Shown piece after piece: positions 1-9,597 of a DNA stretch of 64,000 nt. The position numbers and the translations under genes are program-made. The stretch is taken from NCBI GenBank assembly GCA_003193925.1, contig PSPG01000006.1, positions 33,095 to 97,094 of the forward strand, given 5' to 3'. Numbering within the stretch: the stretch's first letter is position 1; each line of letters opens with the position of its first letter. This DNA comes from Candidatus Thalassarchaeum betae (GTDB taxonomy: Archaea; Thermoplasmatota; Poseidoniia; Poseidoniales; Thalassarchaeaceae). The notes under the pieces were generated by a model. The model was not told the DNA's origin. It did no database searches and saw only the letters and a list, made by a program, of their open reading frames with translations.

Positions 1-275
1 ACATGACGACTCACAACATCCTCGTGGACACGGCTGGCGCCCTCTATCTCATCGACTTCGGACTAGCCCGTATCTCACCCGAGCTCGAGCACCTAGGGAT
101 CGACTTGCAAGTCCTGAACGAATGCCTCACTGCGAGTCATTCGGAGCATGAGGGGGCGGTACAGTCGATGGTTGACGGGTATCTTGCGGCAGACGCTGGC
201 GGTGCAGTCGCCAGCGCCGAGGAAGTCGTAGCCAGATTTAACGCAATCAGAGGCCGAGTCCGGTATCACGGGTAG
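1..275 (+). CDS. bud32: KEOPS kinase Bud32 (5'-truncated)
   Basis: DMTTHNIL..LYLIDFGLA kinase motifs; C-terminal RGRVRY tail typical of Bud32. Confidence 0.85.
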   Translation, partial: MTTHNILVDTAGALYLIDFGLARISPELEHLGIDLQVLNECLTASHSEHEGAVQSMVDGYLAADAGGAVASAEEVVARFNAIRGRVRYHG

Positions 276-283
276 GTGCGCGA

Positions 284-877
284 ATGAGGATACTGTTCGC
301 CACCGGAAACCCCCACAAGGTCGTCGAGGCGGTGCAGATGCTGTCTCCACTGGGCCACAGCGTTGAGCCGCTGCTCGTCGACGGCGAGATGCCCGATTTC
401 GTCGAGCCGCAGGCGGAGGGCCTGGAGGCCGTGGCATTCGCCAAGATCGAACAGGCTCGCATGATGATGCAGGGCACCGAGTTGGAAGGCTCGGCGATAA
501 TGGTCGAGGACTCGGGGCTGTTCATCGACTCGCTGGACGGCTTCCCGGGAGCGTATTCCTCCTTCGTCGAGGGAACCGTGGGACTCGACGGCATCCTCCG
601 GCTGCTCGAGGACGCTGGGGACCGCGGGGCCGAATACAGGGCTGTGGCGATAGTCGACTCCGAAGGCAGGACATGGCAGGCCAACGGGATCTGCAGGGGC
701 AGGATATCCAAGGAGATGCTCGGGAGCGGTGGTTTCGGCTACGATCCCATCTTCGTCCCAGATGAGGGTGACGGGCGCACTTGCGCGCAGATGAGCGCCG
801 AGGAAAAATCAGCCATCTCGCATCGCGGACAGGCCCTGAGGGGCCTCTCCGAGGTCCTCAGTTCTGCGTCAAGGTGA
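284..877 (+). CDS. rdgB: Non-canonical purine NTP pyrophosphatase (HAM1/RdgB)
   Basis: ATGNPHK, EDSGL, FPGAYS, GFGYDPIF, SHRGQA motifs. Confidence 0.95.
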   Translation: MRILFATGNPHKVVEAVQMLSPLGHSVEPLLVDGEMPDFVEPQAEGLEAVAFAKIEQARMMMQGTELEGSAIMVEDSGLFIDSLDGFPGAYSSFVEGTVGLDGILRLLEDAGDRGAEYRAVAIVDSEGRTWQANGICRGRISKEMLGSGGFGYDPIFVPDEGDGRTCAQMSAEEKSAISHRGQALRGLSEVLSSASR

Positions 878-909
878 AGACGGAGCGCTGTTGTGGGAGT
901 CCGATAGCC

Positions 910-1833
910 ATGGTGTCGCTGACCCGGCTCGTCCTCTGGACCGCGGTTCTGGTGGGCATTCCCCTGTTCCTCGTCCTGCAGGGTGAGGCTAGCCTGATGA
1001 CGCAAATCGCAGGCGGTGCTATACTTCTCGCCCTGATATCCATCCTGATGTTCTCAGGTCGCTCACCTGTCCCGAAGCCATCTCGAAAGAAGGACACTGT
1101 GGCAGTGGAGGAGTTCAAGGATGAGATCGAACTGCCGGCCCCGGTACTCGAGCTAGAGGGCGCCAGCGAGCGGCGCGAGGGGAAAATCCAGCGAAGCAGG
1201 GGCAGAGTGGCTCAGCCTGCTATACCACCGATGCCCGCCCCTCCAGCGATGCCTATGCCCCCCCCGGCCGAGGTAGCACCTGATGGCGAGGCATCATCGC
1301 TACCTCCGATGCCAGTGATGCCGGACGATGGCAGTCAGGTTGCAGCGCGCTACGTGGCGGCGTCGGACCCTCAGTCAGAGCTGGAGACGGAGATCGAGAC
1401 CTTCGTGGGACAGAGACGGGAGAGGCGCGCAGAGATACGCTCCAAGTTGGAGAGGAAGCGTCGGATGGTCCTAGCCGAGAGACGAGCAGCCAAGGTCAGA
1501 ATGTGGTCTGCGGTGGAGGACGGCGAGGACCTCGCTGCCATTCTCAAGGACCCGAATCACGGTCTGATAGTGCTGGAGGAGCCCGAGAGCCCCGATACGA
1601 GCAAGCCACAAGGAATCTCGTACGTCCGAATCGATGGGAGCCGCGTGCTGAAGCTCCGAATGCCTCTGGAGGTGCCAGAGAAGGAGCAGCCGGCCCCGCC
1701 TGAGCCCGAGATGCCAGAACTGCCTCCGCTCCCGCCGCCTGGGGGCATGCCGCCCCCGCCCGGATTGCCACCGATGCCCCCTCCACCTGGCATGCCGCCG
1801 ATGCCTCCTCCAGTCACTTCCGATGACGCATAG
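910..1833 (+). CDS. Membrane-anchored proline-rich hypothetical protein
   Basis: Two N-terminal TM-like segments, charged coiled-coil middle, poly-Pro PPPG/MPPP tracts; start moved to ATG 910. Confidence 0.7.
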   Translation: MVSLTRLVLWTAVLVGIPLFLVLQGEASLMTQIAGGAILLALISILMFSGRSPVPKPSRKKDTVAVEEFKDEIELPAPVLELEGASERREGKIQRSRGRVAQPAIPPMPAPPAMPMPPPAEVAPDGEASSLPPMPVMPDDGSQVAARYVAASDPQSELETEIETFVGQRRERRAEIRSKLERKRRMVLAERRAAKVRMWSAVEDGEDLAAILKDPNHGLIVLEEPESPDTSKPQGISYVRIDGSRVLKLRMPLEVPEKEQPAPPEPEMPELPPLPPPGGMPPPPGLPPMPPPPGMPPMPPPVTSDDA

Positions 1834-1877
1834 ACCGTCGACTGAATGTTGAAGCGCGAAACGACTCTGGGCGAGCC

Positions 1878-2714
1878 ATGAGCGACGAGGTCCTGCTGGT
1901 CGAGGACTTCGCAGTGGAGGACTGCAGCCCTGTGGGAGGCGTAATCGCGGTCTGGACGCTCAACCGCCCGGAGAAGCTCAACGCGCTGAACCGGCAGTCG
2001 CACATCGCGATCAAGGAGCAGTGCGCGCGCGTCGAGGCCGACGACTCGGTCCGCGCAGTGGTGATTCGCGGCGCCCCCCCTCCTCCGGCGCTCGAAGGCA
2101 AGCGCCCCAAGCCGGCCGCCTTCGCCGCTGGGGCCGACATCGCCGAGTTCGCGGGCAAGAACTCAGACGACGTTCGCGAGTTCTTCGGCAACAACGCCTG
2201 GGAGGCGATATGGGACCTCAGCAAGCCGACCATCGCCATGGTCGACGGATTCGCACTGGGAGGCGGCACCGAGCTGGCGCTGGCCTGTGACCTCAGAGTC
2301 GCCTCGACCCGAGCCAAGTTCGGACAGCCTGAGATTAATCTAGGGCTGATACCTGGCGGCGGGGGGACTCAGCGTCTGTGCAGGCTGCTGGGATACGGCA
2401 AGGCGATGGAGATGACCCTGACCGGGGAGATGGTCGGAGCAGAGGAGGCTCTGAGCATCGGACTGGTCAACAAGGTGGTCGAGCCGGATGATCTCGAGGC
2501 AGCTGCAATGGCGCTGGCCGAGAACATAGCTAGGAAATCACCTTACACAGTCAAGGTCGCCAAGCGCGCCGTCCGCGCGGCGCTCGATCTGCCGTTCACG
2601 GAGGGGGTGCTGGCCGAGCGCTCCGAGTTCGTGGCGCTTTTCGACACCGAGGACAAGGAAATCGGGGTTTCCGCCTTCTTGGAGCACAAGGACGCGGAAT
2701 GGGTCGGTCGCTAA
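1878..2714 (+). CDS. Enoyl-CoA hydratase/isomerase
   Basis: LNRPEKLNAL, FAAGADI, GFALGGGTELALACD, GQPEINLGLIPGGGGTQRL. Confidence 0.95.
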   Translation: MSDEVLLVEDFAVEDCSPVGGVIAVWTLNRPEKLNALNRQSHIAIKEQCARVEADDSVRAVVIRGAPPPPALEGKRPKPAAFAAGADIAEFAGKNSDDVREFFGNNAWEAIWDLSKPTIAMVDGFALGGGTELALACDLRVASTRAKFGQPEINLGLIPGGGGTQRLCRLLGYGKAMEMTLTGEMVGAEEALSIGLVNKVVEPDDLEAAAMALAENIARKSPYTVKVAKRAVRAALDLPFTEGVLAERSEFVALFDTEDKEIGVSAFLEHKDAEWVGR

Positions 2715-2759
2715 CCGAACCCCAGCAAGCGTCTTGGCCGAGTGGCATGCCCTGAGTCC

Positions 2760-3308
2760 ATGGCGGGCCGCGTGATAGTGCTGTGTGGACCGCCCGGATC
2801 GGGCAAGGGCGTAGTCGTCGAGTGCGCCACCGCGCGCGGCTTGGCAGTGCTCTCCCTCGGCGACGTAGTGCGCACGGAAATGGCCGAGAGAGGCCTTCCC
2901 GAGACGCCTGAGAACGTGGGACAGACGGCGCTTGCCATGCGCGAGGAGCACGGAGAGGTCATCGTGGTGGACCGACTGATGCCGAGACTTGCCGAGGCGA
3001 TGGAGTCCTCCGACGTCCTGATAGACGGAATGCGCCAGCCCGAGGAGCTGGAGCGGCTTCGTGAGCACATCGGGGATGTCACCATCGTCGCGCTGTCCGC
3101 ACCTGCCCAAACTAGGGCTGAGTGGCTGGCAGAACGAGGCCGCGGCGAGGATGGCGGGGACGAGGAGTTCTCCGTGCGCGAGGAGCGCGAGTGGGGCTGG
3201 GGCCTCGAGCACCTGATGTCGCAGGCCGATGCCATCATCCTCAACGAGGGCTCGGTGGAGGAGCTTGGCCAGAGAACTGACATGATCCTCGAGACACTGG
3301 GCTTCTAA
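2760..3308 (+). CDS. P-loop kinase, archaeal UPF0200 (dephospho-CoA kinase-like) family
   Basis: GPPGSGKG Walker A, SLGDVVR, IDGMR, ADAIILNEGS. Confidence 0.8.
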   Translation: MAGRVIVLCGPPGSGKGVVVECATARGLAVLSLGDVVRTEMAERGLPETPENVGQTALAMREEHGEVIVVDRLMPRLAEAMESSDVLIDGMRQPEELERLREHIGDVTIVALSAPAQTRAEWLAERGRGEDGGDEEFSVREEREWGWGLEHLMSQADAIILNEGSVEELGQRTDMILETLGF

Positions 3309-3893
3309 TCACTCGAATGCGTCCTCGACCATCCCGACGGGTTCGTCCTCGGCACTCGCATCCATCACGAGCCAAGCGGCTTCGCGTCCGTTCCGCATCA
3401 TCTCTTCCTGGATCTCGCGAATCCTGCCGAGATTCCCGAGATAGTGAGCAAGACCCCGATTGTTGTGCCTCTCACGCTTCATAATGAACTCCTGGTGCCT
3501 GTCCTCGTCCGCAACGTAGAGGACCACACCGCAAGCGACCCCACCGGTCGCTTTCCAGTCATCGAGAATCCAGGCGCCGGGAATCACATGCACTCCCTCG
3601 AGCAGCAGGTCGGAACCCTTCATACTGGCCCGCCTGACGACCGCTGCGACTCCCTCTGAGAGGACCTTGACTGTCTCGTGCCAATCTTGTACGACTCCCG
3701 AGCCCGCCGGTTCGAACGAGGAGCGGTGCAGAGCCGGCAGTTCGTCTGCGTCGAATTGGGTCCGCAGCGTCTCGCGAATGGTGTCGGTGGTCGCGATCTT
3801 GCTGAATTCCAACGATGCCGCAGCGCGTGCCGAGAGGGTGGATTTGCCTACCCCGCTACTCCCGGTGATGACCAGAAGCCGGGGCTTGCTCAT
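3309..3893 (-). CDS. 2-phosphoglycerate kinase-like P-loop protein
   Basis: GSSGVGKST, TDTIRE, LLEGVHVIPG, IREIQE motifs. Confidence 0.75.
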   Translation of the reverse strand: MSKPRLLVITGSSGVGKSTLSARAAASLEFSKIATTDTIRETLRTQFDADELPALHRSSFEPAGSGVVQDWHETVKVLSEGVAAVVRRASMKGSDLLLEGVHVIPGAWILDDWKATGGVACGVVLYVADEDRHQEFIMKRERHNNRGLAHYLGNLGRIREIQEEMMRNGREAAWLVMDASAEDEPVGMVEDAFE

Positions 3894-3902
3894 ATGTGAC
3901 CC

Positions 3903-5321
3903 TCAGCGCTGGATCGACTTGATTTCGAGGTACTCCTCGAGGCCGTGGACCCCTAGTTCGCGGCCGTTTCCCGAGAACTTGTAGCCGCCGAACGGCGCTG
4001 AGACGTTGAACGCGCCTCCGTTGATGCTGACTTGTCCGGTGCGCATCTGGCGAGCGACTCGCATCGCCCGCCCCTCGTCACCAGACCAGACTCCGCCCGA
4101 GAGCCCGTAGTCGGAGTCGTTCGCGAGGGCGATAGCCTCCTCCTCTGTCGAGTAGGTGGTTATCGAGAGAACAGGCCCGAAGATCTCCTCCCGGAAGATG
4201 GCCATCTCCGGCGTCACGTCGGCGAACACCGTCGGCTTGACGAAGTACCCCGAATCAAGGCCATCGGGCATGCCTTCGCCACCTGCGACCAGAGTAGCGC
4301 CCTCCTCGATGCCGCTGGCGATGTATGAGGTCACGCTCCTCTGCTGGCGCTTGGACACCATGGGGCCACAGCGTACCGATTCGTCGAGCGGGTCACCTAC
4401 GGTGTAGCGGACCATCTTACCCAATATCACGTCGACGACCTCGTCGCGCTTCGCATCGGGCACGAGTAGGCGAGTGAGCGCCGAGCACTCCTGCCCTGAG
4501 TTGTTGAAGCAGGCATAGATGGCCGAGCCAGCGGCTCTGCCGATGTCTGCGTCGTCGAGGATGATGTTGGCGCTCTTGCCGCCGAGTTCGAGGGTCACCC
4601 GCTTGACGCTGGGTGCAGCGAGCTCGCTGACGCGCACTCCAGCGCCGGTCGAGCCGGTGAAACTGACCATGTCGACGCCCGGGTGGCTGGATAGGACCTC
4701 CCCTATCTCTCGTCCGTGTCCCGAGACGAGGTTGAAGACGCCTGCAGGCAGGTCAATCTCATGCATGATGTCGGCCAAGGCGAAGGCGTTCAGGGGTGCT
4801 TCCTTGGACGGCTTGACTACCATTGTGCAGCCGGCTGCGATTGCCGGGGCGACCTTGCCGATTATCTGGTGGAGCGGGAAGTTCCACGGTGTGATCATCG
4901 CGACCACACCGACGGGCTCCTTGACGACGAGCGAGTTTCGGACCTCCTCCTCCCACTCAAAGCTCTCGAGTATCTTCGCGTACGAGCGTGAGACCACTCT
5001 AGGAGTCCCCACCATGGCCATCCTGCAGTAGTTGATGGGGGTGCCGACCTCTGCTGTGATGAGTTGCGACAGCTCCTCAGTCTGTTCTTTTATCGCCGTC
5101 GAGAGCTTGTTCAGATACTCCCCCCGCTCATCTATTGAGGTTCTGGACCAAGAGGGGAAAGCGGCTCGTGCGGCGGCCACCGCGACATCGATGTCAGCCG
5201 CCGAGCCGACCGACACCGAGCCGATCAACTGCTCATTGGCGGGATTGACGACCTCGATCGAGCCCTCGCCGTGCGGGGCGACCCATTCACCCCCGATGTA
5301 CAGGTGCTCCCGCGTGTGCAT
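3903..5321 (-). CDS. NAD(P)-dependent aldehyde dehydrogenase
   Basis: ITPWNFP, FTGST, LELGGKS, NSGQEC, EEIFGPV; start moved to ATG 5321. Confidence 0.95.
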   Translation of the reverse strand: MHTREHLYIGGEWVAPHGEGSIEVVNPANEQLIGSVSVGSAADIDVAVAAARAAFPSWSRTSIDERGEYLNKLSTAIKEQTEELSQLITAEVGTPINYCRMAMVGTPRVVSRSYAKILESFEWEEEVRNSLVVKEPVGVVAMITPWNFPLHQIIGKVAPAIAAGCTMVVKPSKEAPLNAFALADIMHEIDLPAGVFNLVSGHGREIGEVLSSHPGVDMVSFTGSTGAGVRVSELAAPSVKRVTLELGGKSANIILDDADIGRAAGSAIYACFNNSGQECSALTRLLVPDAKRDEVVDVILGKMVRYTVGDPLDESVRCGPMVSKRQQRSVTSYIASGIEEGATLVAGGEGMPDGLDSGYFVKPTVFADVTPEMAIFREEIFGPVLSITTYSTEEEAIALANDSDYGLSGGVWSGDEGRAMRVARQMRTGQVSINGGAFNVSAPFGGYKFSGNGRELGVHGLEEYLEIKSIQR

Positions 5322-5421
5322 GCACGCTCGACTGAGCGACGTCTTATGAGATTCATGTAATTCAAGAACAGCCCCCCCGTCTCGCGAGCATGGCCTTGAA
5401 GGTAGAGCGCCATGAGGTGGA

Positions 5422-5886
5422 GTGAGCGTGCCTCGCAGGCTCATCGTGATGCGCCACGCTGACAGCAGTCGCGACTACCCCAACATGAGCGACCACGACA
5501 GGCCCCTGAACGCGCGTGGACAGAGAGACGCTCCGCGGATGGCGGATGCGCTGTCCAAGAGGGACTGGCTGCCCCAACTGGTGTTGGTAAGCAGCGCCAG
5601 ACGCACTCTTGAGACACTGGAAGGAATGGCACCGCACATGGACGAGGCCAGGATTGACGTCAGGCCGGAGATCTACCATGCCGGCATCAGCACCCTGTTG
5701 ACCCAGTTGGGGGACATGCTGGGCGGCGGTACGACCATGATACTGGGCCATAACCCGGGCTCTGAGAATCTAATCAATCACCTGACAGGCGAGTGGCGCG
5801 AGATGCAGACTGCCGCAGCCGCGTTACTGGTCGAGACTTCAGACGGTTGGACGGTCGAGGAAGTCCTCAGGCCGAGGGAACTCTGA
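5422..5886 (+). CDS. sixA: SixA-like histidine phosphatase
   Basis: MRHADS, DHDRPL, SSARRT, GHNP. Confidence 0.85.
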   Translation: MSVPRRLIVMRHADSSRDYPNMSDHDRPLNARGQRDAPRMADALSKRDWLPQLVLVSSARRTLETLEGMAPHMDEARIDVRPEIYHAGISTLLTQLGDMLGGGTTMILGHNPGSENLINHLTGEWREMQTAAAALLVETSDGWTVEEVLRPREL

Positions 5887-5939
5887 GGCTTCGGACGCAG
5901 TTCGACAGATTGAAGGCGGAAACCCTCTGACTTGGTCTC

Positions 5940-6284
5940 ATGAAGGAGTACAGAATCTCGATGAATGACGAACCTGGCGCGCTCGCCGACCACTGTGAAG
6001 CCATAGCCGCTGCGGATGTGAACATACTCGCTGTGGTCGCCATTGGAGGCGACTCTGCATCGGCTGTCATCCTGACTGACAGCCCCGATGCGACCTCCGG
6101 TGCCCTCGATGACATGGGGGCGAATTACACCGTAGCTGACCTGAAGTCGATCAAGATGGATCACGAACCAGGGGCCTTGGCCTCGTTTACGAGGGGCATG
6201 GCCAGTTCAGGTGTCAATCTCAAGTCGCTGTATATCATGTCGATCGACGGCGACAGCGCTACCATCGGGTACACGACAGACTGA
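5940..6284 (+). CDS. Tandem ACT-domain protein
   Basis: Two DEPGALA/HEPGALA..VNI/VNL ACT repeats. Confidence 0.85.
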   Translation: MKEYRISMNDEPGALADHCEAIAAADVNILAVVAIGGDSASAVILTDSPDATSGALDDMGANYTVADLKSIKMDHEPGALASFTRGMASSGVNLKSLYIMSIDGDSATIGYTTD

Positions 6285-6293
6285 GACGAATTA

Positions 6294-6368
6294 GCGGGCA
6301 TGGTCTAGTGGTTATGACAGCAGGTTCCCAACCTGCTAACCCGGGTTCAACTCCCGGTGTCCGCACCA
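6294..6368 (+). tRNA. tRNA-Gly(CCC), CCA encoded
   Basis: GCGGGCA/TGTCCGC acceptor stem, anticodon arm GCAGG-TTCCCAA-CCTGC, GGTTCAACTCC T-arm. Confidence 0.95.
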
Positions 6369-6427
6369 TTCCGAACAACCCCGCCTTGAGCAACGCTAAT
6401 CCGCGATTCGCGATTCGCACGCACGCA

Positions 6428-6502
6428 GGGCCCGTGGGTTAGCTTGGCCTATACTTGGCGCTTCGGGGGCGTTAGACCCCAGTTCAAATCTGGGCGGGCC
6501 CA
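6428..6502 (+). tRNA. tRNA-Pro(CGG)
   Basis: GGGCCCG/CGGGCCC acceptor stem, loop TTCGGGG, GTTCAAATC T-loop. Confidence 0.93.
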
Positions 6503-6521
6503 CTCCTATAGCGTCTGATCT

Positions 6522-8105
6522 TCAGTGGACCAGCACACTGCCCTCATCGGAATGGACCAGAATCTCCCTCGTCGACAATCCGAGCATCTTCTTGGAAGCC
6601 AGCAGCCCGCTGTAGACCGCACCCATCACCCCATGAGACGTCGTCGAGGCGCCACAGTGGTACAGACGGTCGATCTCGGTCCTTATCGGGAAGCCGAACG
6701 GACCGATCTGCCTTGCCGACTTAGCGGTCCCGTAGAGGTTGCCGCGATGCGAGTTCACATAGTACTCGTTGGTCAGCGGGGTGCCCAACTCGCAGAGCAG
6801 CAGATGGTCGCGCAGCCCCGGTATCAGTGGCTCGAGCATGTCCAGCATCCTTTCGGTCAAGTCGCGCTTGAACTCTTCGTACTCCTCCGAACGTTCCTCG
6901 GTCAGGGTTCCGAACCACGGCCTGAAGGCGTCGTACGAGACGAAGGTGAAGGCCTCCATCGTGTGTACTCCCTGCTTCCTGTTCGAGGGGTCCTTGAGAG
7001 TGGTGACGGTCAGGAATGCTCCCCTTATCGGGCCTGCATTGCCCAGATCCTCCTCCTCGGCGTAGCGGTAGATGCCGTCGATGTCAGCCTCCTTGCAGAT
7101 CCAGTAGTTGCCCGAATCCAGCCCCATGGCCTCCAAGTCGAGGTCTGTGGCCATGAACAGACTCAGGCTGGAGACCGAGTACTCGGTTCTCCCCAGACGA
7201 CGTAGCAGCTTCCCAGACAGGTGCTCGTCTCCGATCAGGTTGTGGTAGGTGACATGTGCATCTGCGTTCGAGAGCACCATTTCAGCAAGGATCTCAGTGC
7301 CATCGGTCAGACGCACCCCCGTTGCCCGACAGCCATCCGGCCCATCTTCGAGTAGAATGCTCTCAACCTCGGTGCGCAGCCTGATCTCACCGCCCTTGGA
7401 CCTCAACCTGCGAATGAATGCCTTCGGGAAGGCACCGCCTCCCCCCTTGGGATACCAGCCCCCGTCCCAGTAGTGTGCATCGATGGCGATGTGCTGTGCA
7501 GCGGGAACGCGCTCCGGACTCATTCCATGGTCCCCGGAACGCGCCTCGAGTATGGTTATGAGGAACGGGTCACTGACGTACTTCCTGATTCTGCCTGATA
7601 TCGGCCGCAGCCCTGTGAGGGCTAGCCAGGGTGCGACAAAGAGAGTCTTCAGAGGGGCAAGCGGACCGCGCACCCTCCTGCTCCGACTCATCTCCTCATC
7701 GATTCGCTGCATGTAGCGGAAGTACCGCTCGATTCCCCTGCGCTCGTGGGGGAAGCGCTCGCAGAGCCTCTCCCTGAAGGCAGGCATCCCCTTGGGTATG
7801 TCGAAACGCTCCTCGCCGACGAGGACGTGGTCGTAGCCGTCAGGGTTCAGCTCGTAGAACTCCATGTCCCCCCCGACTCCTAGCCCCTCTAGGATGGCTC
7901 GCATATCGCCTCCCTCCTGCAGACCACCTAGGTAGTGTACACCGGGGCTGAAGCGATGCCCGTCGAGGGAGAAGGAATGCGTCCATCCTCCCGGCAGGTA
8001 GTGCTGTTCTAGCACGAGTACCCGCTTTCCCGAGTTGGCAAGAGCCACGGCCGCAGTCATACCACCGGCTCCCGAGCCGACCACTACGACGTCCCATCGC
8101 TCCAT
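6522..8105 (-). CDS. Phytoene desaturase/retinol saturase-family FAD oxidoreductase
   Basis: GSGAGG Rossmann motif, EQHYLPGG, YPKGG, TPLTNEYY, GVMGAVYSG. Confidence 0.88.
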   Translation of the reverse strand: MERWDVVVVGSGAGGMTAAVALANSGKRVLVLEQHYLPGGWTHSFSLDGHRFSPGVHYLGGLQEGGDMRAILEGLGVGGDMEFYELNPDGYDHVLVGEERFDIPKGMPAFRERLCERFPHERRGIERYFRYMQRIDEEMSRSRRVRGPLAPLKTLFVAPWLALTGLRPISGRIRKYVSDPFLITILEARSGDHGMSPERVPAAQHIAIDAHYWDGGWYPKGGGGAFPKAFIRRLRSKGGEIRLRTEVESILLEDGPDGCRATGVRLTDGTEILAEMVLSNADAHVTYHNLIGDEHLSGKLLRRLGRTEYSVSSLSLFMATDLDLEAMGLDSGNYWICKEADIDGIYRYAEEEDLGNAGPIRGAFLTVTTLKDPSNRKQGVHTMEAFTFVSYDAFRPWFGTLTEERSEEYEEFKRDLTERMLDMLEPLIPGLRDHLLLCELGTPLTNEYYVNSHRGNLYGTAKSARQIGPFGFPIRTEIDRLYHCGASTTSHGVMGAVYSGLLASKKMLGLSTREILVHSDEGSVLVH

Positions 8106-8137
8106 GCCGTTCTATGCTCCCCTCATTGGTCCAAACG

Positions 8138-9013
8138 TCATCGCTCGACCTTCTCGCCGCTGCTCCAGTCGTAGATTCCCTTGCCGGTCTTCTTGCCGAG
8201 GTCGCCCGCCTCGACCAGCCGGTCAAGCATCGGGTGAGGCCGGTACCTCTCGTCACCAAATGCGTCCGCGAGGTTGTTGAGGATGTCCCTGCGGATGTCC
8301 AGGCCGACGAGGTCGCCCAACTCCAGTGGCCCCATCGGATGCCTGTAGCCCAAGCGCATCGCGGTATCGATGTCGCTGGCCGAGGCGACTCCGTCAGCGA
8401 GCATACGCATCGCTTCGTTGCCGAGCACGACACCGAGTCGGCTACTCGCGAAACCGGGAACGTCACGCACTAGAATAGTCGTTTTGCCCATCGCAGAACC
8501 GATTGATTGTGCGGCTGCGATGGTGTCTTCTGACACAGCGTCGTGGCGCACCAGTTCGAGCAGTTCCATGAGCGGGACTGGATTGAAGAAGTGCATCCCG
8601 ATGACGCGCTCCGGGCAACCCGTCGCGCCGGCGATGTCCGAGATCGGCAGGCTTGAGGTGTTGGTGGCGAGCACCGCGTGACTCGGTGCGAGCCGCTCGA
8701 GCTCCGCGAAGATGCCCTGCTTGAGCTCCATGCTCTCGGGCACCGCCTCGATGACGAGATCAGCGCCGGCCACAGCCTCGGCCAGGTCGCTGGCCGCATG
8801 CAGGTTATCTGACCACTCGGCCTTCTGATCGGGTGTGGTCTTGCCTCGCTCGATGCCCTTGTCCCAGAAGGCATCGATCGCCGCCATTCCCTTGGCCAGT
8901 CCCTCGGGGAAGGCGTCGTACAGCCGCGTCTCCCATCCTGTCTGGGCACAGACTTGGGCTATCCCAGCGCCCATAGTGCCGGCGCCGAGGACGGCAACGG
9001 CCCGGACCTCCAC
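8138..9013 (-). CDS. 3-hydroxyacyl-CoA dehydrogenase (PaaH/Hbd-like)
   Basis: [42 protein letters not shown]. Confidence 0.95.
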   Translation of the reverse strand: MEVRAVAVLGAGTMGAGIAQVCAQTGWETRLYDAFPEGLAKGMAAIDAFWDKGIERGKTTPDQKAEWSDNLHAASDLAEAVAGADLVIEAVPESMELKQGIFAELERLAPSHAVLATNTSSLPISDIAGATGCPERVIGMHFFNPVPLMELLELVRHDAVSEDTIAAAQSIGSAMGKTTILVRDVPGFASSRLGVVLGNEAMRMLADGVASASDIDTAMRLGYRHPMGPLELGDLVGLDIRRDILNNLADAFGDERYRPHPMLDRLVEAGDLGKKTGKGIYDWSSGEKVER

Positions 9014-9017
9014 TCAA

Positions 9018-9578
9018 TCACTCCCGGCCGTAGGCCGCGAGCGCGGCTTGGAACAGTCGCTGGCGTGGCACATCGTGCTCTAGGAAGCAGGTGAACGGCG
9101 CGACCTCCTTCAACAGCTCGATGGCGGTGACGTAGGCGCCGTAGACGAAGGGGTCTGCGACCTCGGTGGAGGGTATGTCGATGCCGAGTTTGGCCAGCCC
9201 CTTGCGGGAGTCCTCGTCCCAGATGGCGTAGGTGTGATGAGTGAAATGAAGATAGGCGGATAGCCTGCGGATGTCCGAGCGGGCCTTGTCGGTCAGGCTC
9301 TCTATGAGTAGGGTGTCAGGGTACCGGATCGCATACAGCGACAGCATGACCTCCCTCTGGGTCTCCTCGCGCCAGTCGCGCTTCTCCAGCCCCATCCAAT
9401 CGTCGATCATGTCGAGCATCTGAGGCGTGTACGGCCTGCGGATCCGATAGAGCAGCCCCTCATACGAGTTCGCATCCTGCTCCTCAGAGTGGTGATGCTC
9501 GTGGAAGTACTCAGTCAGGCGGTCGAAGAAGGGCCTGCAGCGCTCCTTGTCGAACGAGGTGAGGGCTATGTGCTGCAT
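9018..9578 (-). CDS. Hypothetical protein within the box-like operon
   Basis: 186-aa ORF tightly packed between boxB and the hydroxyacyl-CoA dehydrogenase gene. Confidence 0.7.
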   Translation of the reverse strand: MQHIALTSFDKERCRPFFDRLTEYFHEHHHSEEQDANSYEGLLYRIRRPYTPQMLDMIDDWMGLEKRDWREETQREVMLSLYAIRYPDTLLIESLTDKARSDIRRLSAYLHFTHHTYAIWDEDSRKGLAKLGIDIPSTEVADPFVYGAYVTAIELLKEVAPFTCFLEHDVPRQRLFQAALAAYGRE

Positions 9579-9597
9579 GGCGAGGACCCCGGGTGGT

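Noticed and set aside
6369-6427. CGATTCG tandem between the tRNAs
   Set aside because: Two short copies only; consistent with chance.
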